Origin: Candidatus Omnitrophota bacterium
Lineage (GTDB): Bacteria > Omnitrophota > Gorgyraeia > Aquiviventales > Aquiviventaceae
Assembly (NCBI GenBank): GCA_020057015.1
Contig: JAGVGS010000083.1
Span: forward strand, 1-37,742
Direction of reading: 5' to 3'
Length of the DNA: 37,742 nt
Below are positions 1 through 8,699 of the stretch, in pieces (positions within the stretch are counted from its first letter, which is position 1; each line of letters opens with the position of its first letter). The notes under the pieces were generated by a model that ran no database searches, was not told where the DNA came from, and saw nothing but the letters and a program-made list of their open reading frames with translations. The position numbers were made by a program, and so were the translations under genes.

Positions 1-1920
1 CACCAGCGCCGTCATCGGCAACACCTGACGCCCCTTCAGCAACAGCTGCACCCGATAGCGGCCGCGCAGCTTGGGAATGCGATGCGGGGCCGGCCCCAGC
101 AATACCAGGCGTTGGCGCTTCCCCTGGCGCTGCAAGGCCTCCTTCAACGCCAAGGCTGCAGCCTCCACGCGCGGGGCCTTGGGGCCCAGCACGGTCAACT
201 CCACCAAGTGCACGAAGGGCGGCAGTTGCACGCGCCGGCGCATAGCGAGCTCCTCGACGTAGAATCGCCCATAGTCATGCGCCTGGGCGGCCTGAATCGC
301 GTAGTGCTCCGGGCAGTACGTCTGCACAATCACGCGCCCGGCTTTTTCCCCGCGCCCCGCGCGGCCGGCCATTTGCGTCAGCAGCGCAAAGGTGCGCTCG
401 CCGGCGCGGAAATCCGGCAGATTGAGCGACGTATCCGCCGAAATGACGCCCACCAGCGTGACGTGCGGAAAATCATGCCCTTTCGCGATCATCTGCGTGC
501 CGACGAGCAGCCCAATTTGGCGCTGGGACATCGCCTCATAGAGCGCTTGGTGCGCGCCCGGGCCGCGCATCGCATCCAGATCCATGCGCGCAATCGCAGC
601 CTGCGGAAAGGAGCGATGCAGCTCGGATTCCACCCGCTCGGTGCCGCTGCCCCGCAGGCGGAAGTACCCTTTCTCGCACGCCGGGCACATCTCCGGCAGC
701 GCCTCGTGATGCCCGCAATGATGGCAGATGAGCTGCGCTTTGGCCGCATGGTAAATCAGCGGCAGGATGCACTGCGGGCAGCGCAGCACGATCCCGCAGA
801 CCGGGCATTGGATCGTGCGCGCAAAACCCCGGCGATTGAGCAGGAGCATCGCCTGCTCGGCGCGCGCAACCGTCTGCTCGAGCGCCCGATGCAGCGGCCG
901 GGAAAAAGGGCCAAAGCGCCGCCGGGTAGACCACTCGTTGCGCAAGTCGACGATCTCGACCTGCGGCAATGCCCAGCCGCCCACGCGCTCAGGCAAGGAG
1001 ATTACATGCTGCGGGCTGCTGTGCGTCGCGGCATAGTACGTTTCAATCGAGGGCGTGGCACTGCCGAGCACCAGCAGGGCTTGGGCTAGGCGTGCGCGCT
1101 CGAAGGCCACTTCGCGCGCATGATAGCGTGGGCTCTCGGCCTGTTTGTACGCCGCATCATGCTCTTCATCCAGAATCACAAGGCCCAGCGCCTGTGCCGG
1201 CGCAAAAATCGCTGAGCGCGGCCCGATGAGCACCCGGGCGTCGGCCTGCAGCAGCCGCTGCCAGGTCTGCGCGCGCTGCCGCGCCGTCAGCCGGCTGTGC
1301 CACACCGCCACGAGGCGGCCAAACCGCGCCTCAAAGCGCTCCAGGGTCTGGGGGGTGAGCGCAATTTCAGGGATCAGGCAGATCGCTGAGCGGCCCTGGG
1401 CCAAGGTCTGCGCGATCAGTTGCAGATACACCTCGGTCTTGCCTGAGGCGGTGACCCCATGCAACAGCGCCCAGTCGAACTGGTGCTGTGCGAGACTGCG
1501 ACCGAGGCGCTCGAGTGCGGCCTCTTGAGCGGTGGTTGGTGCCAGGGGGAGGGTGGGCTCATGGACAGGGGTGTGCGCCTCAAGGGCTGCGGCAGGCTTG
1601 TTCATTGTGAGCCGCAACGCCGAGGGCACCATCGCAAAAAGCGCCTCGCCCAGGCTGCAGCCGTAGTAGGCGGCCAGCCATTGCGCCAATTGCCAGCGCT
1701 GCGCATCAATCAGGGGCATCGGATCAAGGACCCGTCGGATCGCCTTGAGTTGGGCAATGCGGCTTGCCCCCACCAGCCCGGTGACCAACCCCACGCGCTC
1801 CCGCGGGCCAAAGGGCACGAGCACGCGCATGCCCCGCTGCACCGCGTCTGCTTGTGCCGCTGGAATCGTGTAGTGGAAGGAGCGCTCCAGTGCGAGGTTG
1901 AAGATGACCTCGGCGATCAT
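1..1920 (-). CDS. priA: Primosomal protein N' (replication restart helicase), 3'-truncated by window edge
   Basis: Missing from the ORF track because the frame runs off the window. Manual translation from ATG at 1920 gives MIAEVIFNLALERSFHYTIP, Walker A LLHGVTASGKTEVY, ILDEEHD, LNRRGF and four CxxC pairs (CPVC, CPQC, CHHC, CPAC). ATGA overlap with the udg stop. Confidence 0.97.
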   Translation of the reverse strand, partial: MIAEVIFNLALERSFHYTIPAAQADAVQRGMRVLVPFGPRERVGLVTGLVGASRIAQLKAIRRVLDPMPLIDAQRWQLAQWLAAYYGCSLGEALFAMVPSALRLTMNKPAAALEAHTPVHEPTLPLAPTTAQEAALERLGRSLAQHQFDWALLHGVTASGKTEVYLQLIAQTLAQGRSAICLIPEIALTPQTLERFEARFGRLVAVWHSRLTARQRAQTWQRLLQADARVLIGPRSAIFAPAQALGLVILDEEHDAAYKQAESPRYHAREVAFERARLAQALLVLGSATPSIETYYAATHSSPQHVISLPERVGGWALPQVEIVDLRNEWSTRRRFGPFSRPLHRALEQTVARAEQAMLLLNRRGFARTIQCPVCGIVLRCPQCILPLIYHAAKAQLICHHCGHHEALPEMCPACEKGYFRLRGSGTERVESELHRSFPQAAIARMDLDAMRGPGAHQALYEAMSQRQIGLLVGTQMIAKGHDFPHVTLVGVISADTSLNLPDFRAGERTFALLTQMAGRAGRGEKAGRVIVQTYCPEHYAIQAAQAHDYGRFYVEELAMRRRVQLPPFVHLVELTVLGPKAPRVEAAALALKEALQRQGKRQRLVLLGPAPHRIPKLRGRYRVQLLLKGRQVLPMTALV

Positions 1921-2561
1921 CTCCCGAGCACTTTCATCACCACCTGCAGGTCAGCCCACGTATCTTTCTTGGCCGGCGGGTTGCGCAAGAGATACGCTGG
2001 ATGAAACGTCGGCACCACCGGGATCCCGCGGTAGTCGCGAATCTGCCCGCGCACTTTCGTGATCGCCGCGTAGGGGCCTAAGAGCGCCTTCGTGGCCACG
2101 GCCCCCAGCGTGCAGATCACCTGTGGTGCCATCAACGAAAGCTGTGCCTCGAGAAACGGCTGGCAAGCCTCCAGTTCCTCGGGCAGCGGCGTGCGGTTGC
2201 CGGGCGGGCGGTGTTTGAGCACGTTGCAGATATACACCTCTTCGCGCTTCAGGCCCATCGCGCCGATCATCTTCGTGAGCAGCTGGCCGGCCGCGCCCAC
2301 GAAGGGCACGCCTTGCAGGTCTTCATCGCGGCCCGGGGCTTCGCCGACAAAGACCAGGCGCGCCTGCGGCGTGCCATCGCTGAACACTGCTTGGGTGGCG
2401 GTTTGATACAGCGGACAGCGCTGGCAGGCCCGCACCTCGGCAGCGAGTGCGGCCAGCTGCGCGCGCTTGGACGGGCGCGGCAGCACCGATACGCCAAAGC
2501 GCGCCAGGCCCTCGGCATGTTGACGAGCCTGCCGTGCCAAGCGCGGCCCTGGGGAGCTCAT
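1917..2561 (-). CDS. udg: Uracil-DNA glycosylase, family 4 (Fe-S)
   Basis: CQRCPL, VGEAPGRDEDLQGVPFVGAAG and TFHPAYLLRNP motifs. Start reassigned to ATG 2561 (ATGA overlap with upstream stop at 2558). Confidence 0.93.
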   Translation of the reverse strand: MSSPGPRLARQARQHAEGLARFGVSVLPRPSKRAQLAALAAEVRACQRCPLYQTATQAVFSDGTPQARLVFVGEAPGRDEDLQGVPFVGAAGQLLTKMIGAMGLKREEVYICNVLKHRPPGNRTPLPEELEACQPFLEAQLSLMAPQVICTLGAVATKALLGPYAAITKVRGQIRDYRGIPVVPTFHPAYLLRNPPAKKDTWADLQVVMKVLGR

Positions 2562-3736
2562 CGCGTCTGGGCCGAAGGGAGCTTGGCCAGCAGCGGCAGA
2601 ATCACTTCTCGGGCAATGTCTGCCGCGGCCTGGGGGCGGCCCAGCGCCTTGGCCTGCGCTTGCATGCGATGCAAGCGACTTGGATCGATGAGACAATATT
2701 CCACGGCCTGGGCCACGGCAGCCGGCGTGTGGGCAATGACCCCGGCGCCGTGCGCAGCCACGTACTGGGCATTCATGCGCTCTTGTCCTGGAATGATGTG
2801 ATACAGCACGAGCGGCTTGCTGCAGGCGAGCGCCTCGCTCACAGTGAGGCCCCCAGCCTTGCTCACCACCAAGTCGCTCAAGGCCATGCACTCTGCCATG
2901 GTATCGATAAAGCCAAACACCCGCATCGGCATGGGGCTTTGGAGGGCGCGCTGTTCCAAGCGCCGGCGGATGATTTCATCTTCGCCGCACACCACCAGTA
3001 ATTGCAGCTGGCCGGGCCGAGGGCCTTCGAGAGCCAGCAAGGCCTCGACCACCTGCTCAAACTGCCCCACGGTCGTGCCTCCGCTGGTGACCAGCACCGT
3101 GCGGCGCTGGGCCTCCAGCTTCAGGCGCTGGCGCCAATCCAGCACATCAATTGCCGAGCCAAAGGCCGCAGCCACCGGGATGCCCAGTTGCCGCAGGCGA
3201 TGGTGCGACATGCCGCGCTCACCAGCCACCAGCAGGCTCTGCGGCGTGGCCACGATCATCATCTCACATTCTGGGGTGAGCCAAAAGCGATGCGGATGCA
3301 GGTCCGTCACCACGACCACCAGGGCGGCCTTGAGCCAGCCGGCTCGCTTGGCCGCACCGCACACATCGGCAGGGAGAAAATGAGTGGTGACGATCAGCGC
3401 CGGCGGATGGGCCACGACCCAGGCGCGAAAGCGGCGCGTCATCAAGCAATTCCACGCGCGGCGCAGCGGCTGCAGCCCCCGGTAGAGCGCCTGCCCATCC
3501 ACGGCATGGTAGCTGAATTTCCACACCCAGGACGCGTGGCGCACGAGAAATAGATACGACCAGCCGTAGCCCTGGCGAAACCATCGGGGGGCAAACGTCA
3601 GGAACTCCAGGCACTGAACGTCGGCCTCCGGGGCGGCGGCTGCGATGGCCTGCGCCAGTGCTTCGGCCGCCCGGCGATGCCCGGTCCCGGCCGTCACATA
3701 GGTGACGAGAATGCGGGGCTTAGCCACGAGCGACAC
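2558..3736 (-). CDS. UgtP/MGDG-synthase-like glycosyltransferase (GT28), probable diacylglycerol glycosyltransferase
   Basis: AGTGHRRAAEAL, IVTTHFLP, VVTDLHPH, VSKAGGLTVSEALA and IPGQERMNA motifs typical of the UgtP/MGDG synthase family. Confidence 0.85.
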   Translation of the reverse strand: MSLVAKPRILVTYVTAGTGHRRAAEALAQAIAAAAPEADVQCLEFLTFAPRWFRQGYGWSYLFLVRHASWVWKFSYHAVDGQALYRGLQPLRRAWNCLMTRRFRAWVVAHPPALIVTTHFLPADVCGAAKRAGWLKAALVVVVTDLHPHRFWLTPECEMMIVATPQSLLVAGERGMSHHRLRQLGIPVAAAFGSAIDVLDWRQRLKLEAQRRTVLVTSGGTTVGQFEQVVEALLALEGPRPGQLQLLVVCGEDEIIRRRLEQRALQSPMPMRVFGFIDTMAECMALSDLVVSKAGGLTVSEALACSKPLVLYHIIPGQERMNAQYVAAHGAGVIAHTPAAVAQAVEYCLIDPSRLHRMQAQAKALGRPQAAADIAREVILPLLAKLPSAQTR

Positions 3737-3749
3737 GCGCGGTGCGAGC

Positions 3750-4451
3750 CTACGCCGGCGCCGGCAGGTGGCGGAAGTAGTCGTAGAACCCGGAGAGTTT
3801 GGCCCAGAGGATCATCAGGTGCACGTCCTTATCCGTCATTTTGATCCGGCGGATCGCAAACAAATCGAGCCCGTTGCGATGAAACGTGCGGTTCGTCGTA
3901 AAGGCCGCGGCGTAGCCGGCTTCCCGGGCGAGCTGCTGGGCTTCGGTCGTGAAGCCCCCGACCGGATAGCTCAGATACGCGACGGATCGACCAACCGCCT
4001 GCTCGATCTGTTGCTTCGAGGCGCGAAACTCCTCCTGCACCAAGGCCGTTGCCGCCCGCGGCACATACGTATGATGCACCGTGTGGCTGCCAATGGTGAA
4101 CCCATCGGCCGCGATCTCCCGCAGCTGGGCCCATGTGATAAATCCCGGCAGCCCGACTTCGGCGGTGGCCACGAACACGGTCGCCGGAAACCCAAAGCGC
4201 TTCAGCAGCGGCCAAGCCACGGTATAGGTCTCTGCGTAGCCATCATCAAACGTAATCGCCGTCACCCGCGGCGGCAGGCGCTGCCCTGCTGCCAGTGCGC
4301 CCACCAGCCGCTCCACGGGCCAGACCTCGAACCGGTGCTGCTTAAGGAACGCCAAGTGCTGCTCAAACACCTCGGGAATCACCGTGGGCACATGGTCGCC
4401 TTTGTGGGCGCCGATTTTATGGTAGCCGAGAATAGGGATGTAACGCTTCAT
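3750..4451 (-). CDS. Polysaccharide deacetylase (CE4/NodB, IcaB-like)
   Basis: ILGYHKI, ITFDDGY, IGSHTVHH and SYPVG motifs. Start reassigned to ATG 4451 (ATGA overlap). Confidence 0.9.
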   Translation of the reverse strand: MKRYIPILGYHKIGAHKGDHVPTVIPEVFEQHLAFLKQHRFEVWPVERLVGALAAGQRLPPRVTAITFDDGYAETYTVAWPLLKRFGFPATVFVATAEVGLPGFITWAQLREIAADGFTIGSHTVHHTYVPRAATALVQEEFRASKQQIEQAVGRSVAYLSYPVGGFTTEAQQLAREAGYAAAFTTNRTFHRNGLDLFAIRRIKMTDKDVHLMILWAKLSGFYDYFRHLPAPA

Positions 4452-5251
4452 AGCTTGCGCGCCATCACGAGCGTATAGCGCCCTTGGGTAGCTTCGGCCG
4501 GCGTAGCGGCCTTCAATTCCGCCTCCAACCAAACGTGCCGGGCTGTTTCGTCGAGCTGCGAGGGGCTGAAACCCTGCTGCCACGCCTGGCGGTCAATCGG
4601 CGAAAGCGTCACCTCGGTCAACCCGAGCTCCTGATAGAGGGTCTGCAATTGCTCGGCTGTCTGCCAATTGAAATAGTTGCCGCCCAACAGGGCGCCTTCG
4701 CCCGTGCGCAGCACGCGCGCGACCGCTTCGGTATCCCCTGCCCGCAGCGCTTGCTGCTGGTAATAGAACGGTGAGCGGTGCGAGGCGCACAGCAGGCCGC
4801 CAGAGCGCGTCGCGCGCACGAGGGCCTGCAGGATGGCTCGGAAATTCGGACACAGGTACAAGACTTCCAAACACAGCACGAGGTCAAACTGCCGCTGCGG
4901 CGAGCGCTTCAGCACTGCAACAATGTCCCCCTGGATCAGTTCGGCCTGCAGACCCGCCTGGCGCAGGTGCGCCTTGGCCCGGCGCAGCCCAAAACCGGAC
5001 GCATCCACCCCTGTGACCCGAAACCCCTCCCGCGCCAAGGGGAGCACGAAGCGTCCGGCCTGGCAGCCGGCCTCCAGCACCGTAGCGGGCGGCGCCACGC
5101 CAACGCTGCGCGCGCGCGTCAGGATCTGCGCCAAATACACCCCGGCGAAGCACGCCTCGTTGGCGTCCTTGTGCATATCGTAATAGGTCGGGTCGTAGTC
5201 CGCTACGGATCGCAGGGCCTTGCGGATGAAGCGCGCAATCGGATGCGCCAT
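4448..5251 (-). CDS. Class I SAM-dependent methyltransferase
   Basis: VLEAGCQAGR, VTGVDAS and FDLVLCLEVLY motifs. Confidence 0.85.
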   Translation of the reverse strand: MAHPIARFIRKALRSVADYDPTYYDMHKDANEACFAGVYLAQILTRARSVGVAPPATVLEAGCQAGRFVLPLAREGFRVTGVDASGFGLRRAKAHLRQAGLQAELIQGDIVAVLKRSPQRQFDLVLCLEVLYLCPNFRAILQALVRATRSGGLLCASHRSPFYYQQQALRAGDTEAVARVLRTGEGALLGGNYFNWQTAEQLQTLYQELGLTEVTLSPIDRQAWQQGFSPSQLDETARHVWLEAELKAATPAEATQGRYTLVMARKL

Positions 5252-6140
5252 CAGCGCCCCGCCTCTGTTCGACGAAAGAAGAGGTTCGTGTAGCCCCGCC
5301 CGTGCGCGCAGAGCTGCGGCAGCTGAGCAATGGTCGCGGGCACCAAGCGCCCCGAGGGCTCTTCAATGCGATAGACGCCGAATCCCGCCTGGGCGACTTC
5401 ATCCGCCAGTCGCTGGCGCAGCCCCGCCTCAGGCCACGAGCGCTCAGGCCAGATTTCCATCATGATCCAATGCACCCGCCGGACAGCCAGCAACTCGCGC
5501 ATGCCGGCCCAGACCGCGCCCTCGGCCCCCTCGACATCGATCTTCAGCACATCAATGTCCGGCAAGCCGTGCGCCTTCCAAAACGCATCCAACGAGGTCA
5601 CCGCCACCTCAAGATCGTCCGCCCGCTGAGTGGACACGAGTTGATGAGCGCCGCGGTTGGTGGTATCGCACCGTAGCCACGCAGTGCCGGGCTGCGCCCC
5701 CACCGCCTGGCCATGACCGTCGCCTGTGTCAGCGCGTTGTCCCGCACATTGGCCTCCAGGAGCGCCCGATTGCCTGGGTCAGGTTCGAAGGCGATCACGC
5801 GCCCCGAAGGCCCGACGCGCTCGGCGGCCAGCACGGTGTAGAATCCGACATGCGCACCGATATCGACGACGCACTGCCCGGGCCGGAGGGCTTTGAGAAA
5901 AATCGGCACCTCCCACTCTTCATGCTGGCCGGTGAGCAGGAGGCTTTGCGTGAAGTACCGATCGCCCAAGTCCAGATGCCACCAGCGGCCGTGGATACGC
6001 TCGAGGATGGTCCCTTCAGCCGGACACACCCGCCGGTAAAGCCAGCGCGTGGCCTTCCACAGCGGGCGCCAGCGGATGAGCCCTGATTCGCGGAGGACGC
6101 GACAATGCCAGCGTAAGGCGCGAAACGCCCAGCGTTGCAT
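5251..6140 (-). pseudogene. FkbM-family methyltransferase split by a 1-nt frameshift near 5709 (pseudogene or sequencing error)
   Basis: ORF 5598-6140 carries VVDIGAHVGFYT and VIAFEPDPGN. ORF 5251-5703 carries IDVLKIDVEGAE. Restoring one base (ATGGCC[C]AGGCGGTG) gives a continuous 296-aa FkbM protein reading ...VMAQAVGAQPG... Confidence 0.88.
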
Positions 6141-6155
6141 CTCAAGCAGCCAAGA

Positions 6156-7160
6156 CTAGCGCTTGCCACCCGCCCCAGAAACCATCGTCGCTTGCTGCCG
6201 CGACAGCTGCACTTGCTGGCGCCAATACTCCAAGAGATCCGCGAGAGTCTGCTGCAGAGGGATCGTCGGCTGCCATCCTGTCTGCTGGGCAAAACGGGAC
6301 GCATCGCCTCGAAGCACCAGCACGTCGCTGGGACGCAGCCGTTGCGGATCCACCCGAATCTCCGTGTCCGCGGGCGATAAGGCCCGTAGCATGTCGAGCA
6401 CTTCTCCAATACCCCAATCATGCCCGGAGCAGAGATTGTACACCTCGCCAGACTCCCCGCGCTCCAATGCCAGCCAATAGCCGCTGACAATGTCCCGCAC
6501 ATCGGTGAAATCCCTGCGGGCGTCCAAGTTGCCGACTGCGATCACGGGGGGCTGCAATCCCGCTTCAATGAGGGCGATTTGCTTCGCAAAGTTCGAGGTC
6601 GCGAACACTTCCCCACGCCGCGGGCCCGTATGATTGAACGCTCGCGTCCGCACGATGTGAAGCCCATAGCTCTTCGCGTACTGGTAGCCCATGAGATCCT
6701 GCGCCACCTTCGAGACGCCATAGGGACTTAAGGGGCGCAAGGCTTGACCTTCGCGGATCGGCAGCTCCTGAGGATGCACCAACCCATACTCCTCTGAGCT
6801 GCCCGCGATGTGCACCCGGGCTCTAGGCGCCACCTGTCGGATGGCTTCAAGCAAATTGAGTTGCCCGATGATATTGGTCGTGAGCGTTTCCGAGGGGGCG
6901 GTCCACGACACACCCACGAAGGACTGGGCCGCCAAGTGAAACACCCAATCGGGCTGCACCTCGCCAATGACCCGCCTGATGGACGTCGCATCCCGAATAT
7001 CGCAATCGTACAGCATCACACGCGGCTTCAGATGCTCAATATAATCGGTCTTGCTGCGCCAGCGCTCGATGCCAAAGAGCTCCACGTCAGGTTGCTGCAA
7101 CACAAACTCCGCCAAGTGGCTGCCGACAAAACCCGTAATGCCTGTAATCAAGACGCGCAT
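6156..7160 (-). CDS. rmd: GDP-4-dehydro-6-deoxy-D-mannose reductase (Rmd)-like / GMD-family extended SDR
   Basis: MRVLITGITGFVGSHL, HLAAQSFV, GSSEEYG, SPYGVSK and RAFNHTGPRR. GSSEE rather than GMD-type STSE favours Rmd. Start reassigned to ATG 7160. Confidence 0.65.
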   Translation of the reverse strand: MRVLITGITGFVGSHLAEFVLQQPDVELFGIERWRSKTDYIEHLKPRVMLYDCDIRDATSIRRVIGEVQPDWVFHLAAQSFVGVSWTAPSETLTTNIIGQLNLLEAIRQVAPRARVHIAGSSEEYGLVHPQELPIREGQALRPLSPYGVSKVAQDLMGYQYAKSYGLHIVRTRAFNHTGPRRGEVFATSNFAKQIALIEAGLQPPVIAVGNLDARRDFTDVRDIVSGYWLALERGESGEVYNLCSGHDWGIGEVLDMLRALSPADTEIRVDPQRLRPSDVLVLRGDASRFAQQTGWQPTIPLQQTLADLLEYWRQQVQLSRQQATMVSGAGGKR

Positions 7161-7954
7161 GACTCGCTCCCCTTTGCTGGGCACGGCTCCAGGCGGTCGC
7201 GCACAAGCTCCCAATACTTGGCCCACTTGAGAAAATTGACCCACGTGTAGAGCATCGCGAAGATGAGGCCATGCCATCCCTCGCGATAGCCCTGTTTCTT
7301 CACATAGCTCTTCCAGAAGAGCTTAAGCGGGCGGATCGCCATTTGATACCGCACCTCGCGAGCCGGCAGCACGCCGCGCGTCTCGAGCAACTCCTGGGCC
7401 TCCAGGCTCGTGTACCGGTTGTGGCGGGTGACAAACTGCTCCAGGCTGCTGAAGGGAAAATGGAGCACCGCGGCGTCCAGCACCCCAGCGCTGCCCTGGA
7501 TCTGGAGCACATGGTGCACCCGTCCCTGGAAATGGCAGCGCGAACGCCGATAGAGCGTGTAGTAATGATACTCCCAGCCGCCGCGGGTCATCCAATGCCC
7601 TAGAAAATTGCTCTTGCGGCGCAGCTGAAACGCCACGTGCGGGGTGCCCGTGGTCAAGAGCGCCTCGAGCGCTTGCCGCAGCTCCTCGCTCACCACGTCA
7701 TCGGCATCGAGTGCGAGCACCCAATCATGGCTTGCCGCCTCAGCACCTAAATTACGCTCATCCCCGAAGTTGCCGGCAAACGCATGCGGCACGACGTGGG
7801 CCCCGTACTCCGCGCAAATTGCCACGGTGCGGTCCGTGCTCAGGCCATCCACCACGACAATTTCATCCACCCACCGGATGCTCTCCAGGCACCGGGCCAC
7901 CCGCACCTCCTCGTTCTTGGTGAGTAGCACGGCAGTAATGGCCTCACGCGGCAT
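7148..7954 (-). CDS. Glycosyltransferase family 2 (KdtX/WaaE-like LPS core beta-glucosyltransferase type)
   Basis: LLTKNEE, VVDGLSTDRT, WVLALDADD and KQGYREGWHGL. Start reassigned to ATG 7954. Confidence 0.85.
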   Translation of the reverse strand: MPREAITAVLLTKNEEVRVARCLESIRWVDEIVVVDGLSTDRTVAICAEYGAHVVPHAFAGNFGDERNLGAEAASHDWVLALDADDVVSEELRQALEALLTTGTPHVAFQLRRKSNFLGHWMTRGGWEYHYYTLYRRSRCHFQGRVHHVLQIQGSAGVLDAAVLHFPFSSLEQFVTRHNRYTSLEAQELLETRGVLPAREVRYQMAIRPLKLFWKSYVKKQGYREGWHGLIFAMLYTWVNFLKWAKYWELVRDRLEPCPAKGSESCAS

Positions 7955-8699
7955 GGCGCAGGGCCCGATACTTCTGGTAGCTTTTCCATTGATAGGCCCC
8001 ACCCATCCAGGCGGCAAACCACCCCAGGCGCCCATCGCGAAACCCCTGCTTGAGCACCAGCGTGCGGAAGAACCGATCGATGGTCCGCCACAGCGCCTTG
8101 CCAACACTCATGCGTCGCTGATCAGCAACCCACTTTTGGGCCTCCAAGGCGGTCTGGCGTTCGAGCTTGCGACGGTAATCCGCCGTGTCCCGGTAGGAAT
8201 AATGGAGCAGATCAGCCTTCAATGTGCCGGCCGGGGGGCCGAAGGCGCGGGGATGGACAGAGACTTCTTCCCACCGAAACACCGAGCGCTTGAAGAGCTT
8301 GAGTTGCGCGCTCGGGTACCAGCCGCCATAACGCAGCCAGCGCTCGCCGATGTAGTTGCGCCGCGGAATCGCGTAGGTCTCGTGGGATCCGGAGGCCAGG
8401 GCCTGGGTGATCTCTTCGGCCAACGCGGGGGTGACGCGCTCATCCGCATCGAGGCTGAGGATCCACTCATGTTGGGCCTGGCTGTGCGCCCAATTGCGAT
8501 GGCGCCCTTCGATCTCCATGCGGCGCCGGATCACCCGGGCGCCCAAGCGCTCAGCGAGTGCTGCGGTGTCATCCGCGCTCTCGTCATCGACCACCAGCAC
8601 CTCCGCGGCCCAGCCCTGCACGCTGCGGATGCACGCCTCAATGCGCGAGGCCTCGTTCTTGGCGAGGATTACGACTGTGAGCGGGAACGTTGCTGGCAT
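7944..8699 (-). CDS. Glycosyltransferase family 2 (KdtX/WaaE-like), paralog of the neighbouring gene
   Basis: ILAKNEA, VVDDESADDT, WILSLDADE and KQGFRDGRLG. Confidence 0.87.
   Translation of the reverse strand: MPATFPLTVVILAKNEASRIEACIRSVQGWAAEVLVVDDESADDTAALAERLGARVIRRRMEIEGRHRNWAHSQAQHEWILSLDADERVTPALAEEITQALASGSHETYAIPRRNYIGERWLRYGGWYPSAQLKLFKRSVFRWEEVSVHPRAFGPPAGTLKADLLHYSYRDTADYRRKLERQTALEAQKWVADQRRMSVGKALWRTIDRFFRTLVLKQGFRDGRLGWFAAWMGGAYQWKSYQKYRALRHAA

Noticed and set aside
82-1089. 335-aa plus-strand ORF, and similar ones such as 1459-2004
   Set aside because: Antisense shadow of priA, whose motifs are clear on the minus strand; the ORF has no recognisable motifs.
1917-2561. UdgX covalent uracil-binding protein
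   Set aside because: It has the His ligand but lacks the KRRIH R-loop.
5695-5715. Programmed frameshift or phase-variable tract in FkbM
   Set aside because: No slippery heptamer or long homopolymer at the site; the nearby C run is only five bases.
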